Source: Eledone cirrhosa (taxonomy: Eukaryota). From it: 64,000 nt of DNA. Numbering within the stretch: position 1 is the stretch's first letter; the number at the start of each line of letters is the position of its first letter. Under the pieces are notes generated by a model. The model had not been told where the DNA came from. It searched no databases and worked only from the letters and a program-made list of their open reading frames with translations. Made by a program: the position numbers and the translations under genes. The DNA lies in contig OZ024740.1 in the NCBI GenBank assembly GCA_964016885.1, forward strand, positions 85,064,001 to 85,128,000. Reading direction: 5' to 3'. This document shows, piece after piece, positions 1 to 21,120 of the stretch.

Positions 1-45
1 CACAGAGATCCAGAATGAATACTGCAAAGCATTTTATTTGACATT

Positions 46-740
46 CTAATGACTCTGGCAATTTATTGCCCTAAATAGATATATACATATATAAATAAAT
101 ATATCATTGCATTCCTGCAACTGGTGCAGCCAGTCGTTGGACTTGAACAGTTTGAGCGTCATTGGAAAACTAATAGAGTTGCTTTTCCATATGATGTTCA
201 GCTTTCCCATGGCAGAAGTAGCCAGTGTGAGTCTTGTCAGTATCTCCTTTTGAGATCTGCCATCTTTGGTCAAAGTGGATTTTAGGTACTTGGAGATGTC
301 TACTTCTTTAAGTCTTCCTCTGTTCTGTATGATGTTGGTTACTGTATAATGATTATTACTGTTAACCAGAATCTTGCTCTTTGTTGAGCTGATTTCCATT
401 CCATATACTCCTGATACTGTTCCTAACAGGTCGATGTCATCAGCAAATTGCAGGTTGGAAATGGGCCATCCTCCAATGGAAACTGAGGTGTGGAAGTCTT
501 GATGGGTCTATTGCATGATGTTTTCCAGGAAGATATTGAAAAACACTGGAGAAAGGAGACATCCTTGTTGAACTTCCACTGTTCTAAAGAATTCTCCAGT
601 GTTGTTATTCAGGAGAATTGCATTATTCGAGTTGTCGTATAGTGCTTTAATTACCTGAATGAGGTTGATGTGAAAGTTATAATCCTTTATCACCGTCCAC
701 AAACTCTCATACCAAACATCGTTAAAGGCTTTTTTAAAAG
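46..740 (-). pseudogene. Degenerate RTE-clade LINE reverse transcriptase fragment
   Basis: Broken minus-strand frames give VQQGCLLSPVFFNIFLE, an NLQFADDIDL-type motif near 430-460, and MEISSTKSKILVN...KYLKSTLTKDGRSQKEI; stops and frameshifts. Confidence 0.8.
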
Positions 741-2664
741 TGTTGGGGAAAAGAAAAGGAAAAGTAAACCATGGGTCACTGATGACATCTTGGACCTATG
801 ACTTGAAGACCAAACTAACAGATGAAGAGGCAAGACAACACTACAAAATAAATATATACAAATATATGGATGTTAAACAATGATGATGATAAATAAATAT
901 AAATAAAACTACAAGAGCAACACTTACAAAGATGAGAGGTTACCAAGTGGGTTGGTTCAGAACACATCCATGATCTCAACTTAAATCTAGGAGTTGACAT
1001 GTAGTTCTAGACAAGTGATACCCCAAGATGGTGGTGTGTCATTTATGTGTTCCACAAAATCTGACCCTATCTCCTACCCAATTTGCACATGACTCCCCCA
1101 AGCCTCCTTCAAGTTGTTCAACTCATCTATTAGCTCTTTATTGGTTATCAAAACAATTTAACTCTCATAACTTACTGGAGGATAGTGAGTTTTTCTTCAT
1201 GACTACTGCTTTTTGGGGGGCTGAGCTCGCTCTTCTTCAGTATTTTTTTCTTTTTTTTCTGTTCATGGTTTGCCATTCCTGTCCAACCTACATCTCCTAT
1301 CTTATTGCAATATGATGGAATGGTGCTACTGAGACATACATATCTATACACACCTCACCTGATCACGTTATTTCATGTTCATCACCTGCCAAACTGTACT
1401 GCAATGGTGATTAATCACCCATATCTCTGGTCAAGACTTATGTATTCCTTTGTCCCATATATTGTTGCTCCGTCTGAGGAGTAGGAGTGGCGTATCTGTT
1501 ACCTCTTCCTTGGTCTTAAAGACCAAGCCTGTTTCCATATGCCTTGCCCCAGTTGATGGAACACACATGGACCAGGTTTTCTTCCAACTGCTTTTTTTTG
1601 TGGGCATATAGATCTTTTCATTATATTACTTTCTTCATTGCTTTCTCCTGGATGCATTTCTTAGGCAAAGATCACAGTGTCCTTTGTAACACATCTCTTC
1701 CATATTTTGTACTGCATTAGCAAGAGATTCTTGAAAATTACGAAGTACTGTGACTACATCACATTAAAAATTGAAGTCTTTTTTTTATTATTGCAAATTT
1801 TCACAACAGCCTGTAAAGATATATAAACATGTGAATTAACAAACCTACATCTAGATATTTTCTACTAAAAGATTACAGGGTTTAAGTGTTAAAGAACCTT
1901 TGGAATCTCAGTGATATTCGTATTACATATTTTACTATGAAAAGTATCCAGTCCAGCCTGTCAGTTGCTCGTTTTGGTGCCATGATAAAAAGTAGCCAGT
2001 CTATACTGTTGATGTAGTTGGCATTAGAAAGGGCATCCAGTTGTAGATGCCAAGCCAGAAACAGTTTATGTATGAGCAAGATACGGTCACCTGATTTGAC
2101 TTGTCTCACAATTGGACAACTATTCTAACCCATGCTAGCATAGAAAATGGCTGTTAAATGGTGAAGATGATGATGATATTTTATTAAAGTATGTTCATCT
2201 GAAACAAGTAGTTATGTGCTTTGCTTAATACCAAATTGCCTGAAACTATTCCTGGTTCTTTGATACAAAGTTATGATATAAAATCCTGATGGAAAGTTTT
2301 TAGATAAATATAATATTTATCTAAAACATTTATGTAAGAACTTTTGTTAATTTATGCTCCAAACAGTTTGATAATGAGGAAGTTAGTTACATTACCAAGC
2401 CTCTCCAAATTGTTGATCATTTGAAACACACAGGCAGTCTATTTCAATAAAAATATCGTAATGAATGTGTTAAAGTGCACAAAAATGTTTAGATCAGTTG
2501 TATCTTTAACCACACAACCACTATTTCTTATGGTGTTATAAGAAAAGGTATTGGTGTAAGAGATTTGCAGTTGTTATTTTGTCATATTTTACCAACCGGA
2601 TGGGAGATCTATGTATCATTGTATAGCATCAAACTGTCTGAGGTATAGGCATATGTAGATGTAC

Positions 2665-3060
2665 ACATGGCTATGTGCTTAAGAAGTTTGCTTTGCAAAC
2701 ACATGGTTTCAAGTTCAGTCCAACTGTATGGCAACTCAGGCACATCTCTTTTACTATAGCCTTGAGTTGACCTATGACTTGTGAGTGAAATTTGGTAGAT
2801 GACTGCATGGGAACCTGTCCTATATATGTTTGTGTCCTGCCATGTCTGTGTTTGTGTCCTGCCATGTCTGTGTTTATATTTACAGTTTGTTTATTTCCTA
2901 TAACTTAGCCGTTAAACAAAACAAAAAAAAAACTTGATAATATAAAAACTAGACATGAGACAAAATAAGTACTGGGGTCAATATGATTAACTTCTTATTT
3001 TTCCTCCAAAGGTGTCCCAGTATGGCTGAGTCTAATGACTGAAATCAGTAAAAGAATAAA
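2665..3060 (+). mobile_element. Old tRNA-derived SINE copy (diverged)
   Basis: catggctatgtgcttaagaagtttgctt...ggtttcaagttcagtcc resembles A/B boxes; AT-rich tail. Confidence 0.45.
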
Positions 3061-3529
3061 AAAGACTGCATATTGCAACTAACATTATCACCAACTGTTA
3101 TTGCAATGACTGTATCGTCATCATCCTCAATAAATAGACAGTTGCAGGACATTCTGTAAATCTCTAATTTGTTTACTACAGAAATTCTCTTCTCTCTGCC
3201 ATGAGTGGGTGGAATGAGAATTTGAACTAAGATTATTTCTGTTTGAAAATAAAATGCCTCATCAACCGACTTTTCAGTGCAATAATTTTTGAGCCTGAAT
3301 GGTAAACAACCACCATGAGTAAAAACAAGACTTTGTGGGGGTGTGTATGTATGCTATTGTAGCAGAAATAATCTGCTAAAGTATTGAGTAGAATGTTGAC
3401 TGATGGTTGCATCTAACATAAGCTAGATGTTATTAGTTTAGCTACATCTAATATATAGGGTTGTTGTAGCTGTGATGATGATGATGATGATTTTCTTTTT
3501 CTTCTTTTGAAGCAGTTTGCCAAATTGCC

Positions 3530-3590
<61 letters not shown>

Positions 3591-3679
3591 CTTAAGCAGT
3601 GTTTCTGTGTTATGTATGTTCTGTAGCATCATTGTTGTTAAATATGTCTTTACATAAGAAACGGGACATTTTAGTTGGC

Positions 3680-3930
3680 TTTTCCAGGCAACAATTGTCT
3701 TGTTAAAGTGTTTTCCAGGTGTCAGTTTGCTTGTTTTAGTGCTTTCCAGGTGACAGGTTACTTGTTTTAGTATGTTTTGGGTGACAATTTGCTTGTTTTA
3801 GTTTATTTTTTTTAGGTGACAATTTGCTTGTTTTAGTATTTTTCAGGTGACAATTTACTTGTTTCAGCAATTTTCAGGTGACAATTTGCTTGTTTTAGTT
3901 GTTTTTTTGGGTAACAATTTGCATGTTTTA
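3680..3930. repeat. Minisatellite, about 8 x 30-35 bp
   Basis: Recurrent ttttcaggtgacaatttgcttgttttag units. Confidence 0.85.
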
Positions 3931-4882
3931 ACTTATATTCCCTCACCCCATGCCCACCCACCCTCTTTTCCTCCCAACATGAGATCATTCAACATTTTTT
4001 ATTTTTTGTAGAGAAAAAAAAATCCATTTGAAGCGTTACTTTTATACCATTGTAAATATAAGATAATTAAGTCTTCTTTTATTCTTTTATCAATCTCTTA
4101 TCATTAAATCAAGTTAAGGCACATAAACAGTAAATGTGTGTGTGTGTGCATGTGTGCGCGTGCGCTCACACACACTTGAGGGTTAAAATAGAAAATACAG
4201 AAAACAGCTACAGTCTTATTAGTTTCACATTTGTGGGAAAAGGAATATACATGACAGGCTTTTACACAGTTTCTGTCTTACCAAATTTCACCCACAAGGT
4301 ATTGGTTAAATGGAAGCTAAGTGAAACACACTTGAACATGTCTTGCAAAATATTTTTAGACATTATATTTATCACTTTTAATTACCATTTCTCAGATACT
4401 GTTTTCTAAATCAATACCAAAATAAATTACAAGTTTTATTTATTGAACACTTTCATTAGACATCTATTTTTTATACAATGAGTTTGGTACTTTTGAAAAT
4501 TCTAATATATTTTAAATGGCTGTTCTGTAATGAAAAACACTGACTATGAGTTCCAAGTAATTTTGAAAGTAAAGAATTTTGAGGGATTTAGTCATATAAC
4601 TAACTTATTATTAAGCTGATGTCTGGACCATGACTTAAAGGTTCTCACATAAAGTTATGATGGAACATTTTTAGATAGAAATAAACGCTTTAAAACAAAT
4701 ATTACTAAATCCCTCCAAATGTTTTTATTTTCTGAACGATTTTAAAAATCATATGCAGTGTCTTTCACTAGAAATATGGTTACAAAAGAGTTTGCTGAGG
4801 TTTGTAGAATAATTTACTTCAAGGTCCCATTGTGAATGGATCTTGTTTATTTAGTTAAATAATTTTGTTAGCGTATTTCTTT

Positions 4883-5205
4883 CATCATCATCATCATCAC
4901 CGTTTTACGTCCGTTCTTCCACGCTAGCATGGGTTAGACGAGTTGTCCTGTTGTGGGCAGTGTCTGGTCGGCTGACCATGCCTTGCTCATACAGGAACTG
5001 ATTTGGCTTGATTTCTACAGCTGGATGCCCTTCCTAACACCAACCTCATTTACAGTGAGTGCTGGGTGCTTTTTCGTGGCGCCTACACGTCCACTTTACA
5101 GTGTGGGCTGGGTGCTTTTTTGCCGTGGCACCTCCACGACCACCTTGCGGTGGGGGCATATTGTCTATATGCTTCAGCTTGTACCCATGGGAGGTTGGGT
5201 TCTTT
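4883..5205 (-). mobile_element. RTE-family 3' end / SINE tail with (CAT)n terminus
   Basis: Near-identical reverse complement of 8565-8878; same ggatgcccttcctaacacc motif as the 3' UTR of the RTE at 46594-46950. Confidence 0.8.
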
Positions 5206-6380
5206 GTTTTATATATATGAATTAGCTGATTCAGTAGATTTGTGGTTTACTGATAAAGGTACCAATGTTAGCACTCTATGCTATAGTAGAGTGTATATAT
5301 TAAGAATAAAATGGGGTTTCACATTGAGTTTTTTTAATTGTGCTTATATATATATATATAACCACATTTAGTCTGTATTTCTCTTGCATGCTTGTATGGG
5401 TTGAAATTAATCATTTTGTCACCATTTTTCTATCAAAATGACTACTTATGTTTTTTCTATTAATTTTCAAAATTTTGAAAAGATTCTGTAATATAACTTT
5501 TCCATGTTTAAGCTGGTATTTGAAACATAATGTAACAAATTCTAATATATAATTATGATGAAAGGTTTGCATTTAAATATGAACACTAAAAAATAAACAG
5601 CTTTGTATCATAGAACCGAGAGCAATTCCAAGGATGTTGATATCAAAAGCACTAATGCATAATAGAGAAAAGAGAAGTTATTCTGACTGCCAGAAATGTA
5701 TTCTGCTTACTTTGTCTAAGTAGAATTTTTAATTATAAAACTGCCCTTCAAAGTAGTCTCACTAGATGAACACACCTGTAAATGTGTGAATAGATCCAGT
5801 ACAAGGAGTGTTGGAATGCGATATTGCCAAGACAGAAAAAGCTAACGTAATGAAATGAAATCTTTTTGTATACTGTTATATTTTAACATCTGATCTACTG
5901 ACAAGGTTAAAATAGTGTGATTTATATGAGTATATTTGGTACATACTGTTGGTGTTGATTTCATTATTGAAATGCCTGTCCACATTGTTCATATTACTAG
6001 TATATCTTGGTGCAGACTATCACTCTACTTGCATCAGTTGGCCTGACTACCAAATGTCACTTTTTCTTAGTTCAGTGGTTGGCAGTTGTCAGGTTGTATA
6101 ATGTTTATGATTTACAGAAGGAGTGAATACAGTTTATTAAACTAATGAGAAAAAATAATAAAAACCATACAATATAAATGGCAGTAAAGAAGTGAAAGAG
6201 GAGGAATAGGAGAAAAAAAAAAAGCAACAAAGAAAAGGAGGGGGGGGGGGGCGGAAGCAACTGACTCTATATTCCAGTTTGAACGGTATCTTTCAGTTGC
6301 GTCTTGATTGGGAAGAGATGGTTGTTCTGTAGTCAGTAGTTGGAAGAATGTCCAGCTACAAAATACTTACTTCAGTAATC

Positions 6381-6582
6381 TATAAGAGTTGGCTGAAAAG
6401 TTCATAGGCTGACCAAGATACTCTCATGGAATGAGCAAATGAGATTTATTTTTCAACATAGTCTCTGGAAAGAAACAATGCAGGTCGTAGTAAGAAGATT
6501 TGAAATTAATACATGCAAGCTTTCACAGCTCTAGCATCACTCCTTCATAGTCAGCCTATGAACTTTTCAGTTGACCCTCGTA
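6381..6582. mobile_element. Tc1/mariner-like MITE
   Basis: Imperfect TIRs (ggctgaaaagttcataggctgac / gtcagcctatgaacttttcag), TA ends; second copy at about 51905-52086. Confidence 0.7.
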
Positions 6583-7159
6583 TATTATAAGGAGTGTACT
6601 CAAATCTTTTCATTCATGATAGAAGTTAGGATTTTCTGCTATGGTGTTATTCCCTCCCCTTCCCCCCTTCCTCCTCTCGCTCTCCATCGCCCCTCTCTCA
6701 ATACTATATTTACCTCAGTTCATTATGTGTGTGTATGTAAGGCAGTTGATTTGGCAGTGTCATTAGTGCGTTGGTTTTCAGTGTTCTGAGTCCACTTTGC
6801 CTTTCATCCTTTTAGGGTCAAAGTACCTGCCCAGAGCTAATGCAGCCCTCTCTCCTTCTAGCTGTCATATCCCTGAACATTTCCTTGGATCAAGGAAGAT
6901 AGGATCAAGAAAGTGTCTGTGTCTGCTTACAACAGCATGAGCACCTAAAAACCTTTAGCAAAAGAATGGCGCATGCTACCTTGTCATACTCAATTGTGAC
7001 TGATGGCTGTAGTAGTACTAATAGTAGTTCGCTCTGAGTGATCGACATGGTCCCAGACCTCATTTGCTTGTGGAGTGGGAATTCGTCAAATCAAACCAAG
7101 GAAATAATGTTTCCATTGGTCTGTCCATTGCTGATACTATCTACTGGTCGCAACTCCTG

Positions 7160-7290
7160 GCAGAAGGAGCAACATGGAATAAAGTGTGTTGCTCAAGGAC
7201 ACAACGCATTAATTACTCGGTTCGTGAATTGAACTTGCAACCTCATGATTGCGAATCCAACTCCCTAACCACTAAGCCATGTGCCTTCAC
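7160..7290 (-). mobile_element. tRNA-derived SINE head
   Basis: ttgctcaaggacacaac...gaattgaact...ctaaccactaagccatg; homologous to the SINE head at 27557. Confidence 0.7.
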
Positions 7291-7974
7291 TAATAGTAGT
7301 AGTAGTGTATAATGTATATTTAGCATTTAAACTGGTCATATCTGGCCAAAATTCTCGCTCCTCTTTCAGTTCAAACTGGCTGAAACCAACCACTAATACT
7401 AATAAGGTGGTGTTCTCAAAATAAATATCAAAATCTCATAGATTCGATATTATGTGAGATATTATGTCAGATAAAGTGTTTACCATGGAAAAACAATAGT
7501 ATATATAGAGTAATGCAAATGCTAAAGGGTTAATAGAAAATTTAGGAGTTAAGATTGTAAGTCTGTTGGTCATGTGATTTATTTCAGATATCACTGAACT
7601 AGGTTTCTAGGAAGTTACCAGATTCTATTACAGTCAGATCATATACATCATAGTATTGTTGTAGTTTAGTATTTGAAATGTTATAGTGCTGGTGGCGGTG
7701 ACACCATTATGTTTATATTCACTACTTTGATATACTAAGGCAGACTTTCAGGTCTCTTGATGTTTCTGTTCACAGATCATCACATATCAATCAATATTTC
7801 ATATTTTGTTTCTGAAGTTTTTAATAACATTGTCAAGTCAGTTAGTTTAACTATTTCACTTAACATTTACTGCTCTACATGACACTACATTATTTCTTCA
7901 CTCCTCCATGGTTTTCTGAGGGGTGGGGGGAGGACTACTCAGCTAGTGGATTGAAATAAATATATGTAAAATAA

Positions 7975-8160
7975 TTATTTCTACTTTTGGCACAAGGCCA
8001 GCAATTACCACTGCATTACTGGTACTTTATTTTATTGACCCCGTAAGAATTAAAAGCAAAGTTAACCTCGGCGAGATTTGAATTCAGAACGTAAGGGGCC
8101 ATACCTCTATGCTGTAAAGCATGGTATCTGATGCTCTACTAAAACTGCCAATGCACTACA
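7975..8160 (-). mobile_element. SINE, second family
   Basis: Reverse complement matches 31033-31222; a third copy lies at about 49440-49680. Confidence 0.65.
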
Positions 8161-8287
8161 CTTAAAATAATATCTTCTCTGTCTGTCTATCTGTCACATA
8201 TATATATATATATCCACTCTACTACCCTAAGTATTGAGTACTTTGGTGCGTTATGGTCCACCTGGTTCCTTACTACATTTCCTTTGT

Positions 8288-8309
<22 letters not shown>

Positions 8310-8320
<11 letters not shown>

Positions 8321-8878
8321 CTGAGCATAAGAGGAATCAAATGCTGTGTGCAGGAGAGGCGGTTGCGTTGGTATAGACATGTGATGCCTATGAAGGATGA
8401 CAGCTGCATAAAAAGGTGCAGAGCACTAGAAGTCAATGGAAACCGCAGAGTGGGGAGACCCAAGAAGACCTGGGATGAGGTGATAAAAGCCGACCTTACC
8501 CAATTACACCTCTCAAAGGCGATGACACACGACTGTGACCTCTGGCTTCACGCAGTAATACAGAGTTCCCAACCTCCTATGGGTACAAGCTGAAGCATAT
8601 AGACAATATGCCCCCACACCCTCCCACTGCAAGGTGGTCGTGGAGGTGCCACGGCAAAAAAGCACCCAGCCCACACTGTAAAGTGGACGTGTAGGCGCCA
8701 CGGAAAAAGCACCCAGAACTCACTGTAAATGAGGTTGGTGTTAGTAAGGGCATCCAGCTGTAGAAATCAGTTCCTGTATGAGCAAGGCATGGTCAGCCGA
8801 CCAGACACTGCCCACAACAGGACAACCCGTCTAACCCATGCTAGCATGGAAGAACGGACGTAAAACGATGATGATGAT
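8310..8878 (+). mobile_element. 5'-truncated RTE LINE 3' fragment
   Basis: RRLRWYRHVMPMKDDSCIKRCR...GRPKKTWDEVI is homologous to the C-terminus of the 43303 ORF; ends in (GAT)n. Confidence 0.85.
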
Positions 8879-8880
8879 AT

Positions 8881-9052
8881 CATCATCATCATCATCACCG
8901 TTTAACGTCCGTGTTCCACGCTTGCATGGGTTTGGACGGGGGTTTTCCCACTTGAGGCAAGAGTGATTGTCTTGCTCGCATAGGACTGTCTGGCAGGTTT
9001 TCTACAGTTGGATGCCCTTCCTAACACCAACCACATTTACAGTGTGGGTCTG
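8881..9052 (-). mobile_element. 3' end of the young PHD-RTE family, cut by the gap
   Basis: Nearly identical to 40073-40250 and the reverse complement of 46775-46950. Confidence 0.85.
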
Positions 9053-9252
9053 NNNNNNNNNNNNNNNNNNNNNNNNNNNNNNNNNNNNNNNNNNNNNNNN
9101 NNNNNNNNNNNNNNNNNNNNNNNNNNNNNNNNNNNNNNNNNNNNNNNNNNNNNNNNNNNNNNNNNNNNNNNNNNNNNNNNNNNNNNNNNNNNNNNNNNNN
9201 NNNNNNNNNNNNNNNNNNNNNNNNNNNNNNNNNNNNNNNNNNNNNNNNNNNN
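9053..9252. other. Assembly gap (200 N)
   Basis: Run of N. Confidence 1.
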
Positions 9253-10532
9253 TTTGAGAGCCTTGGGAGAGGGTTCCAACACTGATGTTATCTACCTTGA
9301 TTTCAGCAAGGCCTTTGACAGGGTTGATCATAACATTCTACTGAGAAAACTGTCCAATATTGGTGTCACTGGAAAGCTGCTGCAGTGGATCAAGAGCTTC
9401 CTGTGAAACAGAACCCAACATGTTGTAGTTGAAGGAGTCAAATCCAGCCCAGCCAAAGTCAGTAGTGGGGTCCCACAAGGCACTGTGTTGGGCCCACTTC
9501 TCTTCATCATCTATATTAATGACATCACTGACATCATCAAACACAGCAACATTAAAATTTTCGCTGATGATTCCAAGCTCCAAAAGGTCATCAATGGCGT
9601 GGATGACCGGATAAGCCTTCAGTCAGACCTACTGGCTGTTACCCAATGGGCGGAAAAGAACAACATGTTACTGAACGAAGACAAATTCGAACTGATCCAC
9701 TTTGGAAAAGAGGATGCTCTGAAACTCCCGTACTCCCTTCCCTCCGGGGAAACTCTCGTGGCATCTAACAACATCAGAGACTTGGGAGTAACCGTGGACA
9801 GCAACATAAGCTGGGCCACGCATATAAGCAGCAAAGTTGATATGGCCCGCAGAATGTGTTCCTGGATCCTCAGAACCTTCCAGTCGAGAGATTCCCACAC
9901 CATTATCCTTCTCTTCTCTACTTTTGCCCGACCACACCTTGAATACTGTTGTCCACTGTGGTCTCCCCACACGAAACAAAGTATCATGAAACTTGAAGCT
10001 CCTCAAAGGGCAATCACGAAAAAGATAGATGGCATGTCAGACCTTGACTACTGGGGTCGACTAGAAAAGCTGAAACTTTACTCACTCCAACGTCGCCGTG
10101 AGCGTTATATTATCTGAATGATGTGGAAAATGTTCCATCATCACTGCCCAAATGATGTTGGCATCGCCTTCAAAATACACCCAAGGCTTGGGCCCCGTGC
10201 TATCCGTCCCATACAAAAATCTAAATCGCAACTCATAACAACAATACGGCACAATTATTTCACCTCAATTGGCCCTGCTCTCTTCAACATCACACCAGGA
10301 CACGTCAAAACAGAAACTGACCACACAAAATTCAAGAAGTCTTTGGACAAATTCCTCCAAGTAATCCTGGACAAACCACCCACACCCGGATATGTCTCCA
10401 CAAACAGTAATTCTCTTCTCGAATGGGCCATGGTGCCCAAATCCTGAATTGTAAGACTTCGCCAGGTGGTGCTATTAAGTTAGACATGGCCTGGGCCAAT
10501 ACTGGCCAAAACATTTCAAAGTTATTCAAAGT

Positions 10533-10535
<3 letters not shown>
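9253..10535 (+). pseudogene. CR1/L2-group LINE RT, 3' part with 3' UTR
   Basis: One frame with YLDFSKAFDRVDH, SGVPQGTVLGP, FADD, RPHLEYCCPLWSPH; in-frame TGA at 9404 and 10115; (ttcaaagtta) tail. Confidence 0.9.
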
Positions 10536-17397
<6,862 letters not shown>

Positions 17398-17732
17398 AGG
17401 AACCAGTAAGACCCCGACAGCTGAGCTCAAGCCGTTTCGACGGCTAATTCTGGACTAAATGAAAATTTATCCTGGTATTTAAATAGCCGATCTTCTCAGG
17501 GGTAATTCCATATATGGTCAAAGTGATTGTCAAAAATCAGTAGTAATTCTGTGGTTGCAAATTAGTAGGGGAGATGGTGGCTAAACCTGCCAGTAGGAGA
17601 AAGAGGGAGGGGGTGGAGTAGACCCAATCAAGCGTTGGTAGTGCCAGCTACAGCTGGCATGAGGTCAAAGAAGATACAGGGGAGGGGGGGGGGGGGAAGT
17701 CGGAACGGTAAGTAGAACAATGGGGGGTAGAA

Positions 17733-17733
<1 letters not shown>
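17398..17733 (-). mobile_element. TA-flanked PLE/retrozyme-like insert with hammerhead fold (17411-17503)
   Basis: Minus strand: accc-CTGAGAA-gatcggcta...tagccgtc-GAAA-cggct tgagctc agctg-TC-ggggt; one core mismatch; related to 56480-56731. Confidence 0.65.
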
Positions 17734-18444
<711 letters not shown>

Positions 18445-18900
18445 TGTAGTGACCTACATTCTCGGTGCGTGATTTGGCTCAGCTCAGCCAATCAGCGCCA
18501 GTAGAAGAGGATGTATCCCTACGCGTTCTGCGGGAGAAATAGCCCGCAAAGGTTTGAGACGCTATCACTTCCAGCTAGACCATGCTAAGGTAAAACACCA
18601 CTTGTTCTTTTGCTCTGCCAGCACAAACAATATGTAATGACACAACAATTTTACTACGGAATTGGCTAAACGCCTCAGCCAGTCGACCGTATTTTCTCTT
18701 GTAATCTTAATTGATTTGTTTTATTTCTCTTGGCATGCCAGCTCAACCTCTGTTAATAAATAATGTAAAACCAAGCTAAAGTCGTTGTCAATATTCCTAT
18801 CATATCTTTCTACCAAACTGGTGGTTCCTCGTGGCAACATACTTCTCTGCTAAATTGGTACTTATATACCTCAACCAAATTGGTGACTTATATTCAACAA
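18445..18900 (+). mobile_element. Solo LTR related to the LTRs at 60382 and 62551
   Basis: Shares tgtagtgacctacatt and gatttggctcag.tcagccaatcagcgccagtagaagaggatgtatccctacgcg; ctgctaaa followed by ttggt motifs near the 3' end. Confidence 0.75.
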
Positions 18901-18943
18901 AGAGAAACATTCCTTTTCTTTATATATGTATATATATATGTAT

Positions 18944-19673
18944 ATATACTATATTATATTTAGAGATTAAACTCATAGTCGTTTACAATTAATCAGCTCA
19001 AAGAAAGAGGCATTGTATTCACTTTAATTAGTTTATTTCATGCTAGCTAACTTTGTCTCTTACAATACAAACACGTTTTGTGTTTATCATATATATTAAT
19101 ATATAACTTGTATTTCACTGCTCAGAAATGCCTCTTTCTTTGAGCTGATTAATTGTAAACGACTATGAGTTTAATCTCTAAATATAATATAGTATATTGC
19201 TCCTTAACTGTAGAGCTGATCTTTAATCCGTATAAACGGCTGTTATTTCTAGCACCGGCAATACGGGATGGCTAGTATAGCTGGCTACACCACGTGTAAT
19301 CAGACCTGCAAAATTTTTGAAGGTGGAATGTACTAATTTTACTGGATTCCTGTTGATAAGCACAGACGATTTGGATATTTCACTTTTATTTCAATTCCAT
19401 TTCGATTCTCTTTATTTTTCAATTCATGTACCATTGTTGCGAAACATATTTGGGTTTCGAAGTTCAAATCATCTACGGAGCGGGTTTGGATTTTGAATTT
19501 AAATTTGTCCAGGAATCCACGGCTTTTGCCAATATAAGCTTGTCTTTATTGACTTATATTGAGACAGACAAATTGTATTCACTTTAATTAGTTTATTTCA
19601 TGCTAGCTAACTTTGTCTCTTACAATACAAACACGTTTTGTGTTTATCATATATATTAATATATAACTTGTAT
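18944..19673 (-). mobile_element. Degenerate Penelope-like element fragment with pseudo-LTR geometry
   Basis: Inverted repeat 18944-19014/19127-19197; direct repeat 19012-19113/19572-19673; minus-strand IQFVCLN...QAYIGKS (GIY-YIG-like) near 19520-19577; TA flanks. Confidence 0.6.
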
Positions 19674-19788
19674 GTATATATATATATATGTATGTATATA
19701 TATATGTATGTATATATGTATGTATATATATATGTATGTATATATGTATGTAAATATATATGTATATATATATGTATATATATATATG

Positions 19789-19838
<50 letters not shown>

Positions 19839-19982
19839 TGTATGTATGTATATATGTATGTATGTATGTATATATATATGTATGTATGTATGTATGTATA
19901 ATATATATGTATGTATGTATATATGTGTATGTATATGTGTATGTATATATGTATATATATATATATGTATGTATGTATATAT

Positions 19983-20016
<34 letters not shown>

Positions 20017-20033
20017 ATGTATATATATGTATG

Positions 20034-20066
<33 letters not shown>

Positions 20067-20174
20067 ATATATGTATATATATGTATGTATATATATATAT
20101 ATATGTATGTATATATATGTATATGTATGTATATATTATGTATATATATGTATGTATATGTATGTATATATATG

Positions 20175-20236
<62 letters not shown>

Positions 20237-20238
20237 TG

Positions 20239-20334
<96 letters not shown>

Positions 20335-20338
20335 TATG

Positions 20339-20375
<37 letters not shown>

Positions 20376-20644
20376 TATGTATATATATATACTGTATATA
20401 TATGTATGTATGTATGTATGTATATATATATATGTATATGTATGTATGTATGTATATATATATATATATATGTATGTATGCATATGTATGTATGTATGTA
20501 TGTATATATGTATGTATATATATGTATGTATGTATATATATGTATGTATGTATATATATATATATGTATCTATGTATATGTATGTATGTATATATATATA
20601 TGTATGTATATATATATATGTATGTATGTATATATATATATATG

Positions 20645-20676
<32 letters not shown>

Positions 20677-20849
20677 TGTATGTATGTATATATATATATG
20701 TATGTATATATATATATATGTATGTATGTATATATATATATATGTATGTATGTATATATATATATATGTATGTATATATATATATATGTATGTATATATA
20801 TATATATGTATGTATGTATATATATATATGTATGTATATATATATATGT

Positions 20850-20890
<41 letters not shown>

Positions 20891-21080
20891 TATATATGTA
20901 TGTATGTATATGTATGTATGTATATGTATGTATATATATGTATGTATGTATATGTATGTATATATATATATATGTATGTATATGTATATATATATATGTA
21001 TGTATATGTATGTATGTATATGTATGTATATATATGTATGTATGTATATGTATGTATATATATATATATATATATGTATG

Positions 21081-21120
<40 letters not shown>

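Noticed and set aside
8967-9331. ORFs spanning the N run
   Set aside because: Artefacts of the assembly gap.
9404-10117. Two in-frame TGA codons in an otherwise open CR1 RT frame (selenocysteine or readthrough?)
   Set aside because: Each is one substitution from a plausible sense codon (TCA, TGC/T); no SECIS was recognised, so ordinary nonsense mutations are simpler.
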